A stretch of 63,625 nucleotides of DNA, counting the filler, from Aduncisulcus paluster (Eukaryota), in assembly GCA_024181965.1 (NCBI GenBank). It is 7 parts of 7 records of this genome, joined end to end, with 100 filler letters (N's around TTAATTAATTAA, not from the genome) between each part and the next. Parts side by side here need not be neighbours in the genome. Positions count along the whole stretch, not along the records: positions 15,024 to 31,139 come from BQXS01012612.1; positions 31,240 to 49,398 come from BQXS01012614.1; 5 more parts are not named here. The stretch is one strand, 5' to 3'. Shown here in pieces: positions 20,735-33,674 of this stretch. The notes below the pieces were generated by a model. It had not been told where the DNA came from and searched no databases. It worked only from the letters and a program-made list of their open reading frames with translations. A program made the translations under genes and the position numbers. Position 1 is the first letter of the stretch. The number at the start of each line of letters is the position of its first letter.

Positions 20735-23700
20735 ATGTCAAAAGATGAAGATGATATAGATAAGTTATTGGAAGGAATAGAAGCTTCAGAAGATATGTTG
20801 GATTCCTACTTCCTTGAAACAAGTATGGGATCTGACGTTGAAGAAACAAACTCTACGACTAATCATAATGGAGATGCAATTGATAAATCTACAAAAACTG
20901 ATAAATATGATGCTTCTTCTATTCCCATGTCTGAAATGCCCAAATCTGGTTCTTCAGAGAGACATGGGCTTCAAAGCATTAAATCCCCTGATAAATTCCC
21001 ATCATCCCCTTCTATTTCCTCCCCCCAAGATGATTTACAGACTGTTCAACCAACACCCGATATATTCCGTACCTATGCCAGTGATGATATTTCTCAATCC
21101 AAACCAACGGATCCTCCACATTCTATTCCATCTCTCCCTGATAAAACCCCTGGATCCACTTCAGATATCTCTCCCACAGAAATGCCAGCACACCCTCAAA
21201 AACCTTCTCCCGTCTCCTCTTCTGCTTCTTATTCTTCTTCTTCTTCTGCTTCCACACACAATGAAGACCTCCAAGCAACCTCTCCGATGGATTCCTCCTC
21301 CTTTGTATTTTCAGGTTCTATCAGTAATGTGAGTTCTTCTTTGCTTGCCCATGATACACCATCCACCACCGAGCATGTCAAACCCATTCAGCAACCCACC
21401 GAGCATGGAAATGTTTCTAATGTGACAAAAGGAGATGTTTCTCATGGTACTGTAACTGCTTCTGCTTCTGCTTCTGGTGATGTTCGAAGGACTGGCGAAG
21501 GTATTCAATCCAGTGAGCTACGAAATGAGTCCAAAGCGGAAGCACACTCGCCTGGTTTGGCTGGGGTTGGAGAGTATGAAGAGCAAGAAGTGTATGAATA
21601 TGAATATTCAGAGATGTTAAGTTCACCAGAAACTGGGGAAATTGGAGAAAAGAAAGATATTACGGCAGCTGAGAAAAGAAAGATTGAAGAAGAGGAAAAG
21701 GAACGCTTGAAGAGAAGAAGAAGAAGAGAGAGAGAGAAAGAGGAAAGAGAAGGAAGAATGTAGGCAAAAAGAAGAAGAGGAACGCTTGAAGAAAGAAGAG
21801 GAACGTTTGAAGAGAAGAAGAAGAAGAGAGGGAGAGAAAGAGAAAGGAAGAAGAAGAACGCGTGAGAAAGGAAGAAGAAGAGAAGGAAGAAAGGAAACGA
21901 AAACAAGAAGAAGAAGCTGAACGTCAGAAAAAAGAAGAAGAAGAGAAGGAAGCAGAGCGTCAGCATTTCTTAAAGCTTGGATCAGATGATCAGATATCAT
22001 TTAATGAGGACCAAGTAATAGATCCCGACCAACACTCACAGGAAATATCAAAGAGTGGAATTGATACAGAATCGAGTATTGGTGGAGATGCCGATACATT
22101 CTCTTTTACAATGCCCAAAGAATCGTCTGAAATAGCCCAAACAAAACCCATTACAACAGCAGAGCCAAATTTACAGAATATAATAACTGGAAATGATATG
22201 AATGAATCAACATTCAAGAAGAGTGAAGATGTTAGGCTTAAAATGGGAATGATTCAAGCTAAATCAGAGAAAAATGAAGAGAAGGAAGGGGAGTTTAGTT
22301 CGAGTGATCAGCATTTACCTGCCCCTGAAGAGTTTTATCTAATGCTCCAAGAAGACCAATCAGAAGAAGGAAAAGAAGAAGAAGGAAAAGAAGAAGAAGG
22401 AAAAGATCTATCACGATCTCCATATAAATCAACTTCTCCTTCCCCCCATCCATTGACTTCTCTTGCTGACGAATCATCTATGCTACCACTTCAATCTGGG
22501 GATATATCAGATATTCAAGCACCTCCTGAAGTCGAAATCCAGCCAACTCCTATGGTCTCTAAACAACAACACGGGAAAGAAAGAAGAGAAGGAAGAGAAA
22601 GAAGAGAACAGGAAAAGGAAGAAGAGGAAGAAGTACAAGAAGAAGAGGAAGAAGAGGAGGAAGAGGAAGAAGAGGAGGAAGAGGAAGAAGAGGAGGAAGA
22701 GAAGAAATCACAAACTGAACCAAAGATTGTTGTTGAGCCAGTCCATGACGAAGAGCAAGCCCAAGAACAAGAAGCGCAAGCCCAAGATCAAGAAGAGCAA
22801 GATTTTGGTCAACAGTCACATGATCTATCGTTTTCTTCTATTCATGGGGTTGCAATTACCATGGATAAGAGCTCAGAGCATCAGATAATATCAAGGCATT
22901 GTCGCGATGGTTCCACCCGGACACAACGAAATGATAATATACAATCTATTCCTCATCCCCCTTCTTCCAATACGAACTTTCAGAGGGAAAAAGAGATGAA
23001 GAGGAGGAGTGAGTTTGACGAGAGCGAAAGTGTTGAAGGAACTCAATCGTCATCCTCACAGATATTTTCAGGCATTACAAAAGATACTATTATTCATAAT
23101 AATAATAAGGATTTAAGTTCTGCAGCCAAAATATTCCAACCAAATCATAAAACCACGATTGAACAGCAGCACCCGATCATGCCAATATCTAAACCTTATG
23201 ATACCGATTATGATTACACTAAGGAAGAGATTCAACACCAGTCACTCCAGTCACCAGCAACTCAACCAACTCATGTAACTCATGCTCAACCAACTCATGC
23301 TCAATCAACTCATGCACCTTATGCAACTCATGCTCAACCAACATCTCAACAACATCCTCCAATCATTCCAAGCTCATCCAAAAAGGCCCAGAGACAAGCA
23401 CAGAGACAAGCACAAGATATTTCCCAGGTGTCTCATCATCAAATGCTTCCAATTGTTCCAACCATTGAATCCGTGGTATCAAAACAGAATATTACATCGA
23501 TGTTACGTGATATTATTTCAAGTGAAAGCCAAAGTATCTTCCGTTCTATTTTTGGAGACATTGAGAAAGAAAGGGAAGAGATACAATCTCTTCATTCACG
23601 AACCATTGATTCTCTCAAAGCCACATTTGACAGTATGCTGAAAGAAAGAGATCTTCGCCAGGTCCAAATTGAGTCTAGATGGAAAGATGAAGAAGAAACG

Positions 23701-26700
23701 AGAAAAAGAGAGGCAGAATCTGTTCGTAAATTGGAAGAAGAAGACAGGAAACGTTTCCAGAGTGATCAAGAACGATGGTGGAGAATGAAAGAAACTGAAG
23801 AGCAGCGTCATCGTGACGAAGATAGAAAAAGGAGAGAAGAAATGGAAGATAAACGAAGGAAAGAATTAGTTCAAGAGAGAACGAAGCTTGAAGAGGAAAA
23901 AGCACAAATGTTCAAGGAATTATTTGCAAAGGATGAAGAGCTTCGGAAGAAAAGAGAAGAAGAGGATCAAGAAAGACGTAAGAAAGAGGAAGAGAGGAGG
24001 AGAGAAGACGAAACGAGGAGGAAGAGAGAAGAAGACGAGCAACGAATCCTTTATGAGCGTAGAAAAGAAGAGATTTCACGATTGAAAAGTGAAGAGGAAG
24101 AAAGAAGAGGCAAAGCGGAAGAAGAGAGGAGGAGAGAGAGATCTCAGCTCGACGAGGAAAGGAAACGTGTCCAGAGTGATCAAGAACGATGGTGGAGAAT
24201 GAAAGAAACTGAAGAGCAGCGTCATCGTGACGAAGATAGAAAAAGGAGAGAAGAAATGGAAGATAAACGAAGGAAAGAATTAGTTCAAGAGAGAACGAAG
24301 CTTGAAGAGGAAAAAGCACAAATGTTCAAGGAATTATTTGCAAAGGATGAAGAGCTTCGGAAGAAAAGAGAAGAAGAGGATCAAGAAAGACGTAAGAAAG
24401 AGGAAGAGAGGAGGAGAGAAGACGAAACGAGGAGGAAGAGAGAAGAAGACGAGCAACGAATCCTTTATGAGCGTAGAAAAGAAGAGATTTCGCCAGGTCC
24501 AAATTGAGTCTAGATGGAAAGATGAAGAAGAAACGAGAAAAAGAGAGGCAGAATCTGTTCGTAAATTGGAAGAAGAAGACAGGAAACGTTTCCAGAGTGA
24601 TCAAGAACGATGGTGGAGAATGAAAGAAACTGAAGAGCAGCGTCATCGTGACGAAGATAGAAAAAGGAGAGAAGAAATGGAAGATAAACGAAGGAAAGAA
24701 TTAGTTCAAGAGAGAACGAAGCTTGAAGAGGAAAAAGCACAAATGTTCAAGGAATTATTTGCAAAGGATGAAGAGCTTCGGAAGAAAAGAGAAGAAGAGG
24801 ATCAAGAAAGACGTAAGAAAGAGGAAGAGAGGAGGAGAGAAGACGAAACGGAATCNNNNNNNNNNNNNNNNNNNNGATGAAGAAGAAACGAGAAAAAGAG
24901 AGGCAGAATCTGTTCGTAAATTGGAAGAAGAAGACAGGAAACGTTTCCAGAGTGATCAAGAACGATGGTGGAGAATGAAAGAAACTGAAGAGCAGCGTCA
25001 TCGTGACGAAGATAGAAAAAGGAGAGAAGAAATGGAAGATAAACGAAGGAAAGAATTAGTTCAAGAGAGAACGAAGCTTGAAGAGGAAAAAGCACAAATG
25101 TTCAAGGAATTATTTGCAAAGGATGAAGAGCTTCGGAAGAAAAGAGAAGAAGAGGATCAAGAAAGACGTAAGAAAGAGGAAGAGAGGAGGAGAGAAGACG
25201 AAACGAGGAGGAAGAGAGAAGAAGACGAGCAANNNNNNNNNNNNNNNNNNNNGAAGAAACGAGAAAAAGAGAGGCAGAATCTGTTCGTAAATTGGAAGAA
25301 GAAGACAGGAAACGTTTCCAGAGTGATCAAGAACGATGGTGGAGAATGAAAGAAACTGAAGAGCAGCGTCATCGTGACGAAGATAGAAAAAGGAGAGAAG
25401 AAATGGAAGATAAACGAAGGAAAGAATTAGTTCAAGAGAGAACGAAGCTTGAAGAGGAAAAAGCACAAATGTTCAAGGAATTATTTGCAAAGGATGAAGA
25501 GCTTCGGAAGAAAAGAGAAGAAGAGGATCAAGAAAGACGTAAGAAAGAGGAAGAGAGGAGGAGAGAAGACGAAACGAGAAAAAGAGAGGCAGAATCTGTT
25601 CGTAAATTGGAAGAAGAAGACAGGAAACGTTTCCAGAGTGATCAAGAACGATGGTGGAGAATGAAAGAAACTGAAGAGCAGCGTCATCGTGACGAAGATA
25701 GAAAAAGGAGAGAAGAAATGGAAGATAAACGAAGGAAAGAATTAGTTCAAGAGAGAACGAAGCTTGAAGAGGAAAAAGCACAAATGTTCAAGGAATTATT
25801 TGCAAAGGATGAAGAGCTTCGGAAGAAAAGAGAAGAAGAGGATCAAGAAAGACGTAAGAAAGAGGAAGAGAGGAGGAGAGAAGACGAAACGAGGNNNNNN
25901 NNNNNNNNNNNNNNAAGAAGAAACGAGAAAAAGAGAGGCAGAATCTGTTCGTAAATTGGAAGAAGAAGACAGGAAACGTTTCCAGAGTGATCAAGAACGA
26001 TGGTGGAGAATGAAAGAAACTGAAGAGCAGCGTCATCGTGACGAAGATAGAAAAAGGAGAGAAGAAATGGAAGATAAACGAAGGAAAGAATTAGTTCAAG
26101 AGAGAACGAAGCTTGAAGAGGAAAAAGCACAAATGTTCAAGGAATTATTTGCAAAGGATGAAGAGCTTCGGAAGAAAAGAGAAGAAGAGGATCAAGAAAG
26201 ACGTAAGAAAGAGGAAGNNNNNNNNNNNNNNNNNNNNGAAAGAAAGGGAAGAGATACAATCTCTTCATTCACGAACCATTGATTCTCTCAAAGCCACATT
26301 TGACAGTATGCTGAAAGAAAGAGATCTTCGCCAGGTCCAAATTGAGTCTAGATGGAAAGATGAAGAAGAAACGAGAAAAAGAGAGGCAGAATCTGTTCGT
26401 AAATTGGAAGAAGAAGACAGGAAACGTTTCCAGAGTGATCAAGAACGATGGTGGAGAATGAAAGAAACTGAAGAGCAGCGTCATCGTGACGAAGATAGAA
26501 AAAGGAGAGAAGAAATGGAAGATAAACGAAGGAAAGAATTAGTTCAAGAGAGAACGAAGCTTGAAGAGGAAAAAGCACAAATGTTCAAGGAATTATTTGC
26601 AAAGGATGAAGAGCTTCGGAAGAAAAGAGAAGAAGAGGATCAAGAAAGACGTAAGAAAGAGGAAAAGTATCTTCCGTTCTATTTTTGGAGACATTGAGAA

Positions 26701-29381
26701 AGAAAGGGAAGAGATACAATCTCTTCATTCACGAACCATTGATTCTCTCAAAGCCACATTTGACAGTATGCTGAAAGAAAGAGATCTTCGCCAGGTCCAA
26801 ATTGAGTCTAGATGGAAAGATGAAGAAGAAACGAGAAAAAGAGAGGCAGAATCTGTTCGTAAATTGGAAGAAGAAGACAGGAAACGTTTCCAGAGTGATC
26901 AAGAACGATGGTGGAGAATGAAAGAAACTGAAGAGCAGCGTCATCGTGACGAAGATAGAAAAAGGAGAGAAGAAATGGAAGATAAACGAAGGAAAGAATT
27001 AGTTCAAGAGAGAACGAAGCTTGAAGAGGAAAAAGCACAAATGTTCAAGGAATTATTTGCAAAGGATGAAGAGCTTCGGAAGAAAAGAGAAGAAGAGGAT
27101 CAAGAAAGACGTAAGAAAGAGGAAGAGTATCTTCCGTTCTATTTTTGGAGACATTGAGAAAGAAAGGGAAGAGATACAATCTCTTCATTCACGAACCATT
27201 GATTCTCTCAAAGCCACATTTGACAGTATGCTGAAAGAAAGAGATCTTCGCCAGGTCCAAATTGAGTCTAGATGGAAAGATGAAGAAGAAACGAGAAAAA
27301 GAGAGGCAGAATCTGTTCGTAAATTGGAAGAAGAAGACAGGAAACGTTTCCAGAGTGATCAAGAACGATGGTGGAGAATGAAAGAAACTGAAGAGCAGCG
27401 TCATCGTGACGAAGATAGAAAAAGGAGAGAAGAAATGGAAGATAAACGAAGGAAAGAATTAGTTCAAGAGAGAACGAAGCTTGAAGAGGAAAAAGCACAA
27501 ATGTTCAAGGAATTATTTGCAAAGGATGAAGAGCTTCGGAAGAAAAGAGAAGAAGAGGATCAAGAAAGACGTAAGAAAGAGGAAGAGAGGAGGAGAGAAG
27601 ACGAAACGAGGAGGAAGAGAGAAGAAGACGAGCAACGAATCCTTTATGAGCGTAGAAAAGAAGAGATTTCACGATTGAAAAGTGAAGAGGAAGAAAGAAG
27701 AGGCAAAGCGGAAGAAGAGAGGAGGAGAGAGAGATCTCAGCTCGACGAGGAAAGGAAACGTGTTGAATCGCTCAAGCATATTATTATAACCGAGATCAAT
27801 TCATCTTTCGCATCAATTAGTTCAGATTTTGCTGCCATGTTGTCACAAAAAATCACTCATTTTGAGAGTGAAAAGGTTAAATCATTGCATGATCTTCAAA
27901 AACGGTACAATGATAGTCTTTCTGAGTTAGAAAGGCTTCGTTCGAGAGCAGATGAGGAGAAAGAAGCTTCGGGGACAGCCAAGAAAGAAGCTTATGAGTT
28001 ATTGATAGAAGCTCGTGGTGCCAAAGCGAAGATTGAAGCTGATTCTCAAAGATTGGAGGAAAAAGATCGATATTTGGCCGAAGAAAAGAGGAAAATACAT
28101 CAATTGGAATTGGAGCTCAAACAAAAGGCGACCGAATTGTCAGAAAGAGAGCGTTCAATTGTTGAAAAAGAACAGAATGCAGAGACATCTCTACGGTTAG
28201 CAACTGAGAAACTTCTAAAAATAGAAGATATTCGTAAAGAAACGGAAGAGCAAGCCATGTCGATATCTGCTACCCGAAATGAAGTCACCATGCTTCGTGA
28301 TCAGCTCCAAGCTGAGAAAGATGACATGAAGAAAGAAAGGAGAGAAATAAGTCTTGAAAGAGCTAAATTAGAGAGTGCTTATTTCTCCATACAAATGGGA
28401 TATCAACCGTCAACTTTACCGGTATCTATATCGGCTCCAGGCGGTATTCTCCCTTCTTCTTCCTCAATTTCAACCTCAACCTCTGCATATTCATCCCAAC
28501 AACCTTACAGGGATCTCCTCTCACATCATCAACACCAGCATTATGATCCACTTCAACTTCAACAACTTCCTCATGGGACAGGAATCATCGGAGGAGGAAC
28601 AGGAGCTAAGAATAAGAATAAGAAACAAAACAGGAGTAGTGTGATGATAAGAAGGATGAAGAATAGAGATGGTGATCTTCCATATGCCAAAACTTATTCC
28701 AGTGCTGATCGAGTGCCTATTCTTGGAAGACATTATTCTCAATACCAAAAAAAGATTGCTGAAGATTCGTACGATGAAGATGCTGAGACGGAGTATAACT
28801 CTTCCTCTGATGACCATGGGAGTATTAGTTGCTCTGCTGAAGGTGAAATGGTTGAAAGAAGAGGGAGAGGAACAAGAGACCGAGACGATGTGTTATCGTA
28901 TCATCATGTCGTTAAGAGACAGAAGAGACAGAAGCAATCATCAGCCTCAATGAAGTCAACAGGAAGGGGAGGTGGTGGGGGCTCACATCATCACTCTTCG
29001 GGAACGAAACAGACACGATCAAAGTCTGCTTCATATCAGAAAGAAAGAGGATCTATGCAACTTGACCAACAACGTTCAGGTGGTAAGAGAATACCAATGG
29101 CGTACTCAAGCAACATTCGTTTTACTCCACAAACAAGGGATGACATATCTTTGTCTGCTTTGAGTGTTGGAAGGTCTCATCATGAAAGTGATGCTCAAGA
29201 CAGGAAAAAAATGTCCAAGTCTAGTTTGGAGAAAATAAGGCAACATTTAACACAAATGCAAAGGGCCAGAGAAAACCAAATTGATTTTCTCACTTCTATC
29301 GTTCAAGAAGAGGATAAAGACGACTCTGTGAGCTCTCAATTGGTTCCTCTTGATAGTAAGATAAAGGACCAAAGTCAATAA
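20735..29381 (+). CDS. Very large low-complexity/coiled-coil protein, broken by frame shifts and a mis-assembled repeat block
   Basis: ORFs 20735..21763, 21862..24507 and 27021..29381 are collinear parts of one E/R/K-rich gene. Unique sequence resumes after about 27760. Confidence 0.65.
23531..27762 (+). repeat. About ten essentially identical partial copies of one ~300-630-nt coding block, interleaved with four 20-N gaps
   Basis: The SDQERWWRMKETEEQRHRDED block recurs with no visible substitutions. Several junctions change frame (e.g. about 24490, 26665, 27125). Confidence 0.9.
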
Positions 29382-29723
29382 GTATTTTTATTTAATTTTA
29401 TCTTTTTATCTTGGAATTTCCATTACAATAATAAATTTAAGAATATGATTCGAATCTGGTGATCATCGGAATCCGAAAAATAAAAAATGTTATATCTTGT
29501 GATATAACAAATATAAAAAATGACTTGTAATGATTTTATAAATAACACAAATATTAAAAGAAAAATATTATCTTTAAAATGATATTTAATTCTGAATTAG
29601 CCTTGCTTTTTCCACCGCCGTGATCTCTTTTTCAAGGCCATATAAGTTTGGTGGAAGAAATCAGGTCAATGTTGAAAAAATATTGGTTTTTGCCCATTTT
29701 CTACACAATCAAACTTTAAAGTA

Positions 29724-31139
29724 ATGACAAGATGTATGTATTTCCATAGATAATATTTTTCATCCATTCTAATCATCATAATCGTCCCATTAATTTATTT
29801 TACCTTAATATTTATAAATTATTTCAGTACGTTTTATCTCTGAACAAAAACATATTCCCCTTGAGCTTCGTACTGATGAGAAACGCCAAGCTTTCGAAGC
29901 CATCCTTATAAGATCCCTGAACCGTGATCGTAAGCCTCTCAAGTTATTCCCTATCATTGGTAAGAAGCCCCTTGATACTTATGAACTCTTTCTTCAAATG
30001 GAATGCCGTGGCGGTTACCAGAAAGTAATGCAAGATAAACTGTTTAAAGAAGTTGGCCAGGCTCTTGATTTGTCTCCTTCTGTAACAAATGCTGGATGGC
30101 GTTTAAAAGTTAAATTTGAGCAACTTATTCAACCTTATATCGAAATCTTACGTAAGAATATATGGCCAGATTCTCCTGGGGCTCTTATCGCCAAAGACGC
30201 TGCAAACTGGTTAAAAGAACAAGAAATACAGCCACTATCTGATGCTTCGCTTACTTTTTCTCCTCAATCGACTCCTCCACCTTTCCCTTCCTCTGCATCC
30301 TATTCCCATGTTGCCCCATCGCTTCCCATTCCTTCAGAGCCACCGATTGTCACATTCCAAGACCTGTCGCCGTCTCCAATGGACCATTCGAGTTTCAGTT
30401 CTCCCTCTAGAGACGATAGACCAACTAGTATCCCAGCTTTGGCTCCCTCCCAAGGTTCTGAGTTGCATTCCATCCCCATCAGTGTCTTATCGTCCTCTAT
30501 CCACCCTCAACAAGCCTCTGAAGCTTTCCCAATGCCATTCATTTCCAACAAACGACACTCATCATCTCCCCTAAATGCTGCTTGTCATCCATCAATGCAT
30601 ATACTTGGTGAATCTCAACGTAGGCTTCACCAACTCCATGCTCACTCACATCATTCACATCACTCACGTCAACAGACCTTACCTCAAAGAAACTTGGGAT
30701 ATGATAGTCTCCCACAATTCCAGGATACCATGTCCTTCCAGCCAACCTATCCTCCTTTCTATGATCCAACAGTACATGATCCCACAGTATCTCATCAGTT
30801 CTACGCCCATTCTTCTTCCTCTTCTCCTGCCATCTCTCTCTCTTCTTCTTCCGCTTCTTCTTCGGCTTCTTCTTCCCTTCCCATTCCTATTCCTACATCT
30901 TCATACATTCCCACATCTCCTCCTCTCTTTCCTTCTCCTCCACAATCTTCCCAGTCACCAAGATTATGCGATACCATTCCTCAAAAACCTTCCGATGAAT
31001 ACATTCACCGCCACCAGCAGTATCTTGAGGAAGAAGGAGAGGAAAGGAAAGAAGAAGGAGAAGCTGTTATTAGTGGTGACAAGAGTTGTACGAAGCCAGT
31101 CCCAGTCATTTCTCCAAAGAAGACCTCCAGCACCACGAG
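29724..31139 (+). CDS. ARID/BRIGHT DNA-binding domain protein with Ser/Pro-rich tail, spliced, 3'-truncated
   Basis: After splicing it reads MTRLRFISEQ...PIIGKKPLDTYELFLQMECRGGYQKVMQDKLFKEVGQALDLSPSVTNAGWRLKVKFEQLIQPY, which matches the ARID consensus. The domain starts upstream of the ORF-track ATG at 29998. Confidence 0.85.
29734..29827 (+). other. Spliceosomal intron, 94 nt, phase 1
   Basis: GTATGT donor after ATG ACA AGA T and TTTCAG acceptor. T+TA forms TTA and continues in the ARID frame. Confidence 0.82.
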
Positions 31140-31239
31140 NNNNNNNNNNNNNNNNNNNNNNNNNNNNNNNNNNNNNNNNNNNNTTAATTAATTAANNNNN
31201 NNNNNNNNNNNNNNNNNNNNNNNNNNNNNNNNNNNNNNN
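31140..31239. other. Artificial contig linker
   Basis: N44-TTAATTAATTAA-N44. Confidence 0.97.
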
Positions 31240-33120
31240 GGAGGAAGAGGAGGAAGAGGAGGAAGACGTTGAGGTGGTCGAGGGAACAATAAAGGCAGAC
31301 GAAGGGTGAAGAAATGAACAAAACTTTTCATTTTTATCCATGGCATTTGATGCGCGTGACGTGGAAGAATACGAAGACATTGCCGGAGAAGATCTTACTG
31401 AATAACGTGATGATCCGGGATACTGTTGACCACCAATTGAATATTGTTGACCACCAATTGAATGTTGTTGACCACCAATCGAATGCAACGATGGCACGCC
31501 CGATTGACGATAGTCTGGTTGTTGAGTATGGGCATATGAGGATGGCATTGAGGAGATGGAAGAGAGGAAAGGGCTGACACCAGAGGAGGAAGCGGGCGGA
31601 ATCATACTCATACTGAAAGAGTTCTGTTCGCGTTCAGCTTCATCGATTTGTTCCATCTCATGCTCAACTTCTCTGTATTTCCCTTGTAACAGCATCCGTC
31701 CAATTCTTCTTTCTCTTCGTTTGCCACCCCAAATAATGTCTTCTTCCTCTTCTTCCCGCTGCATGGCACCAGCATCACTCTCCTCGTCATCCTCAACATC
31801 CCATTGGAACCCTGTGGAAGGAAGATCAAGGTTAATGCCACTTCTGTTCACGTTGATTGTGTTGCTCCCGGATAAACAGATGCCTCGAACAACGTCACAG
31901 CCATACCGATTGCAGACTCGAGCAACTCTAATTCCGGCACTGGTTGAGAAAGTTGATGACGCGGCTAAAGGTGAGCCTCTACCGATCTGGCATGAGAATC
32001 GAGTGAGATTGGATAACAACGTTGAAGGGGCCATTGCATCTGGAAGCGAGAGATACCCCACAAGAGGAGTATAAGTCCCTCTGAAGAACGACCCTTCTTC
32101 ACGCGGCTGTGGTTCATCTGATATTTGATACTCAATGTCCCCGGAGAGCCGTGATGGTTCCATGCACACAGATATCATGTCGGCATCGGGTGCAACATGA
32201 AACTTTGATAGAGAATGCAGATATGTTGATGATAGGACGGCACTGTCTTTGCTATCGGATGAATGGAGCTCCCTGAACCTATTGGCATACCGATGACCAT
32301 TGAAATAGGCACCAACTTTGTGTGATGTTAGTAATGATTGGATATTTCCACTTGTAACTGACGCCCCGATACCATCAACGGCTTTGGTGCCTTTCTTCTG
32401 GCTTGCAAGATGTTTGGACCTAGAAATGAGGAAAAGAGCCCAGAACTCACGAGTGGTCATCGAAAGTGGAACAAATTGCCGGAATAAGTTCTCAGCTTCC
32501 GGATATTCTTTAAATATGTGTTGAGCATTCTCCTCTGAAATATGAACATCCACGGGTATTTTTTCATCTTTTTTACCCTCTTTTACACTCACTAACGTAT
32601 CAAGAAGGGACGTTTGGGCACCTGAGAGGGCAAGGGATGAACTGGGACGTCCTATCATTTCTTTTCCTGCTCGCGAGTTATGAATGGCCTTTGTAGCAGC
32701 TATTATGCCGGAAATAGATGGTATTTTTGATATTCCTATGAACGAATGCATTTTGGGTTGGGAAGGGGGGAGTGATTTGGGTTCCATATTTGTTTCTTTA
32801 GCTTCAATTACTTTTTTAAATTTTTTATCGGCAGCTCTCTTTAATACTAATGATTGAACTGTTTTTACATACTCTTTTGGGATAGTTATAACATTAATCT
32901 CTCTACTGGTCATTCCTTCAATATCTTCAACAGCAAACCGGATATAATCATTCGATTTACCTTTTCTTTCACGGATTTCGAAGACTATAATATTTGAAAA
33001 CGCTATATCAAACGTGTGGGAGCTTGAACTTATCATAAATCGGTCAACAAAGAACTTAACGTCGATATGCTCTCGTTGACCACTTTGTACGTATTTAACA
33101 CCTTTCCATCTTATGATCAT
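31240..33120 (-). CDS. TFIIH p62/Tfb1-like protein, copy 1 (3'-truncated by contig end)
   Basis: A beta-rich PH-like N-terminus precedes a BSD-domain motif HIFKEYPEAENLFRQFVPLSMTTREFWALFLIS, which parallels the second BSD domain of GTF2H1/Tfb1. Confidence 0.7.
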
Positions 33121-33674
33121 TAATATTCTATAATGTACTCTTTAGTAGTGCCTCCCAAACAACGATTGTTTTCCCAAGTCTTCAAATACACAATCAATGA
33201 CTTTTGTTTCGAGATTTCTCATTGTCGAAAGGAGATTTAAATATCTTTCTTCATTTCTAATTTGATGTAATCTTTCAAATGCCCAAGATAGCCGAAACTA
33301 TCCAAAATGGTAAGGAATTTATATTTGGTTAAAGGAATACAATAAAATGGTATATAAAAAGCGATATAGTATTCTTATCGATAATTCAACCTTTTCGAAT
33401 TGAGACAAAAACAAAAAACTCATTTTTTGAGACCAACTGTCGTAGTACTTGTTATACACTCTTTATTTTCTTTATTAATAACAAATATATTCATGGAAGA
33501 TGACGTGGGATCAGTGTGTGAAGGCGGATTGGTGATGATTATTACTTGTACACTTGTAGTACAAGTTATGATAGGAACATTCTCCCATACCATTAAAATT
33601 TACTAATTATAGATTATAGATAATATAAGAACAATGACACTGCTGATCTTTCCAAAAGTTCGGAGTTAAAATAA

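Noticed and set aside
21760..21812. Intron or TAG-as-Gln readthrough to explain the break in the large coiled-coil gene
   Set aside because: The candidate intron is purine-rich with no GTATGT donor or branch site. TAA and TAG end other genes normally, and readthrough would not correct the frame.
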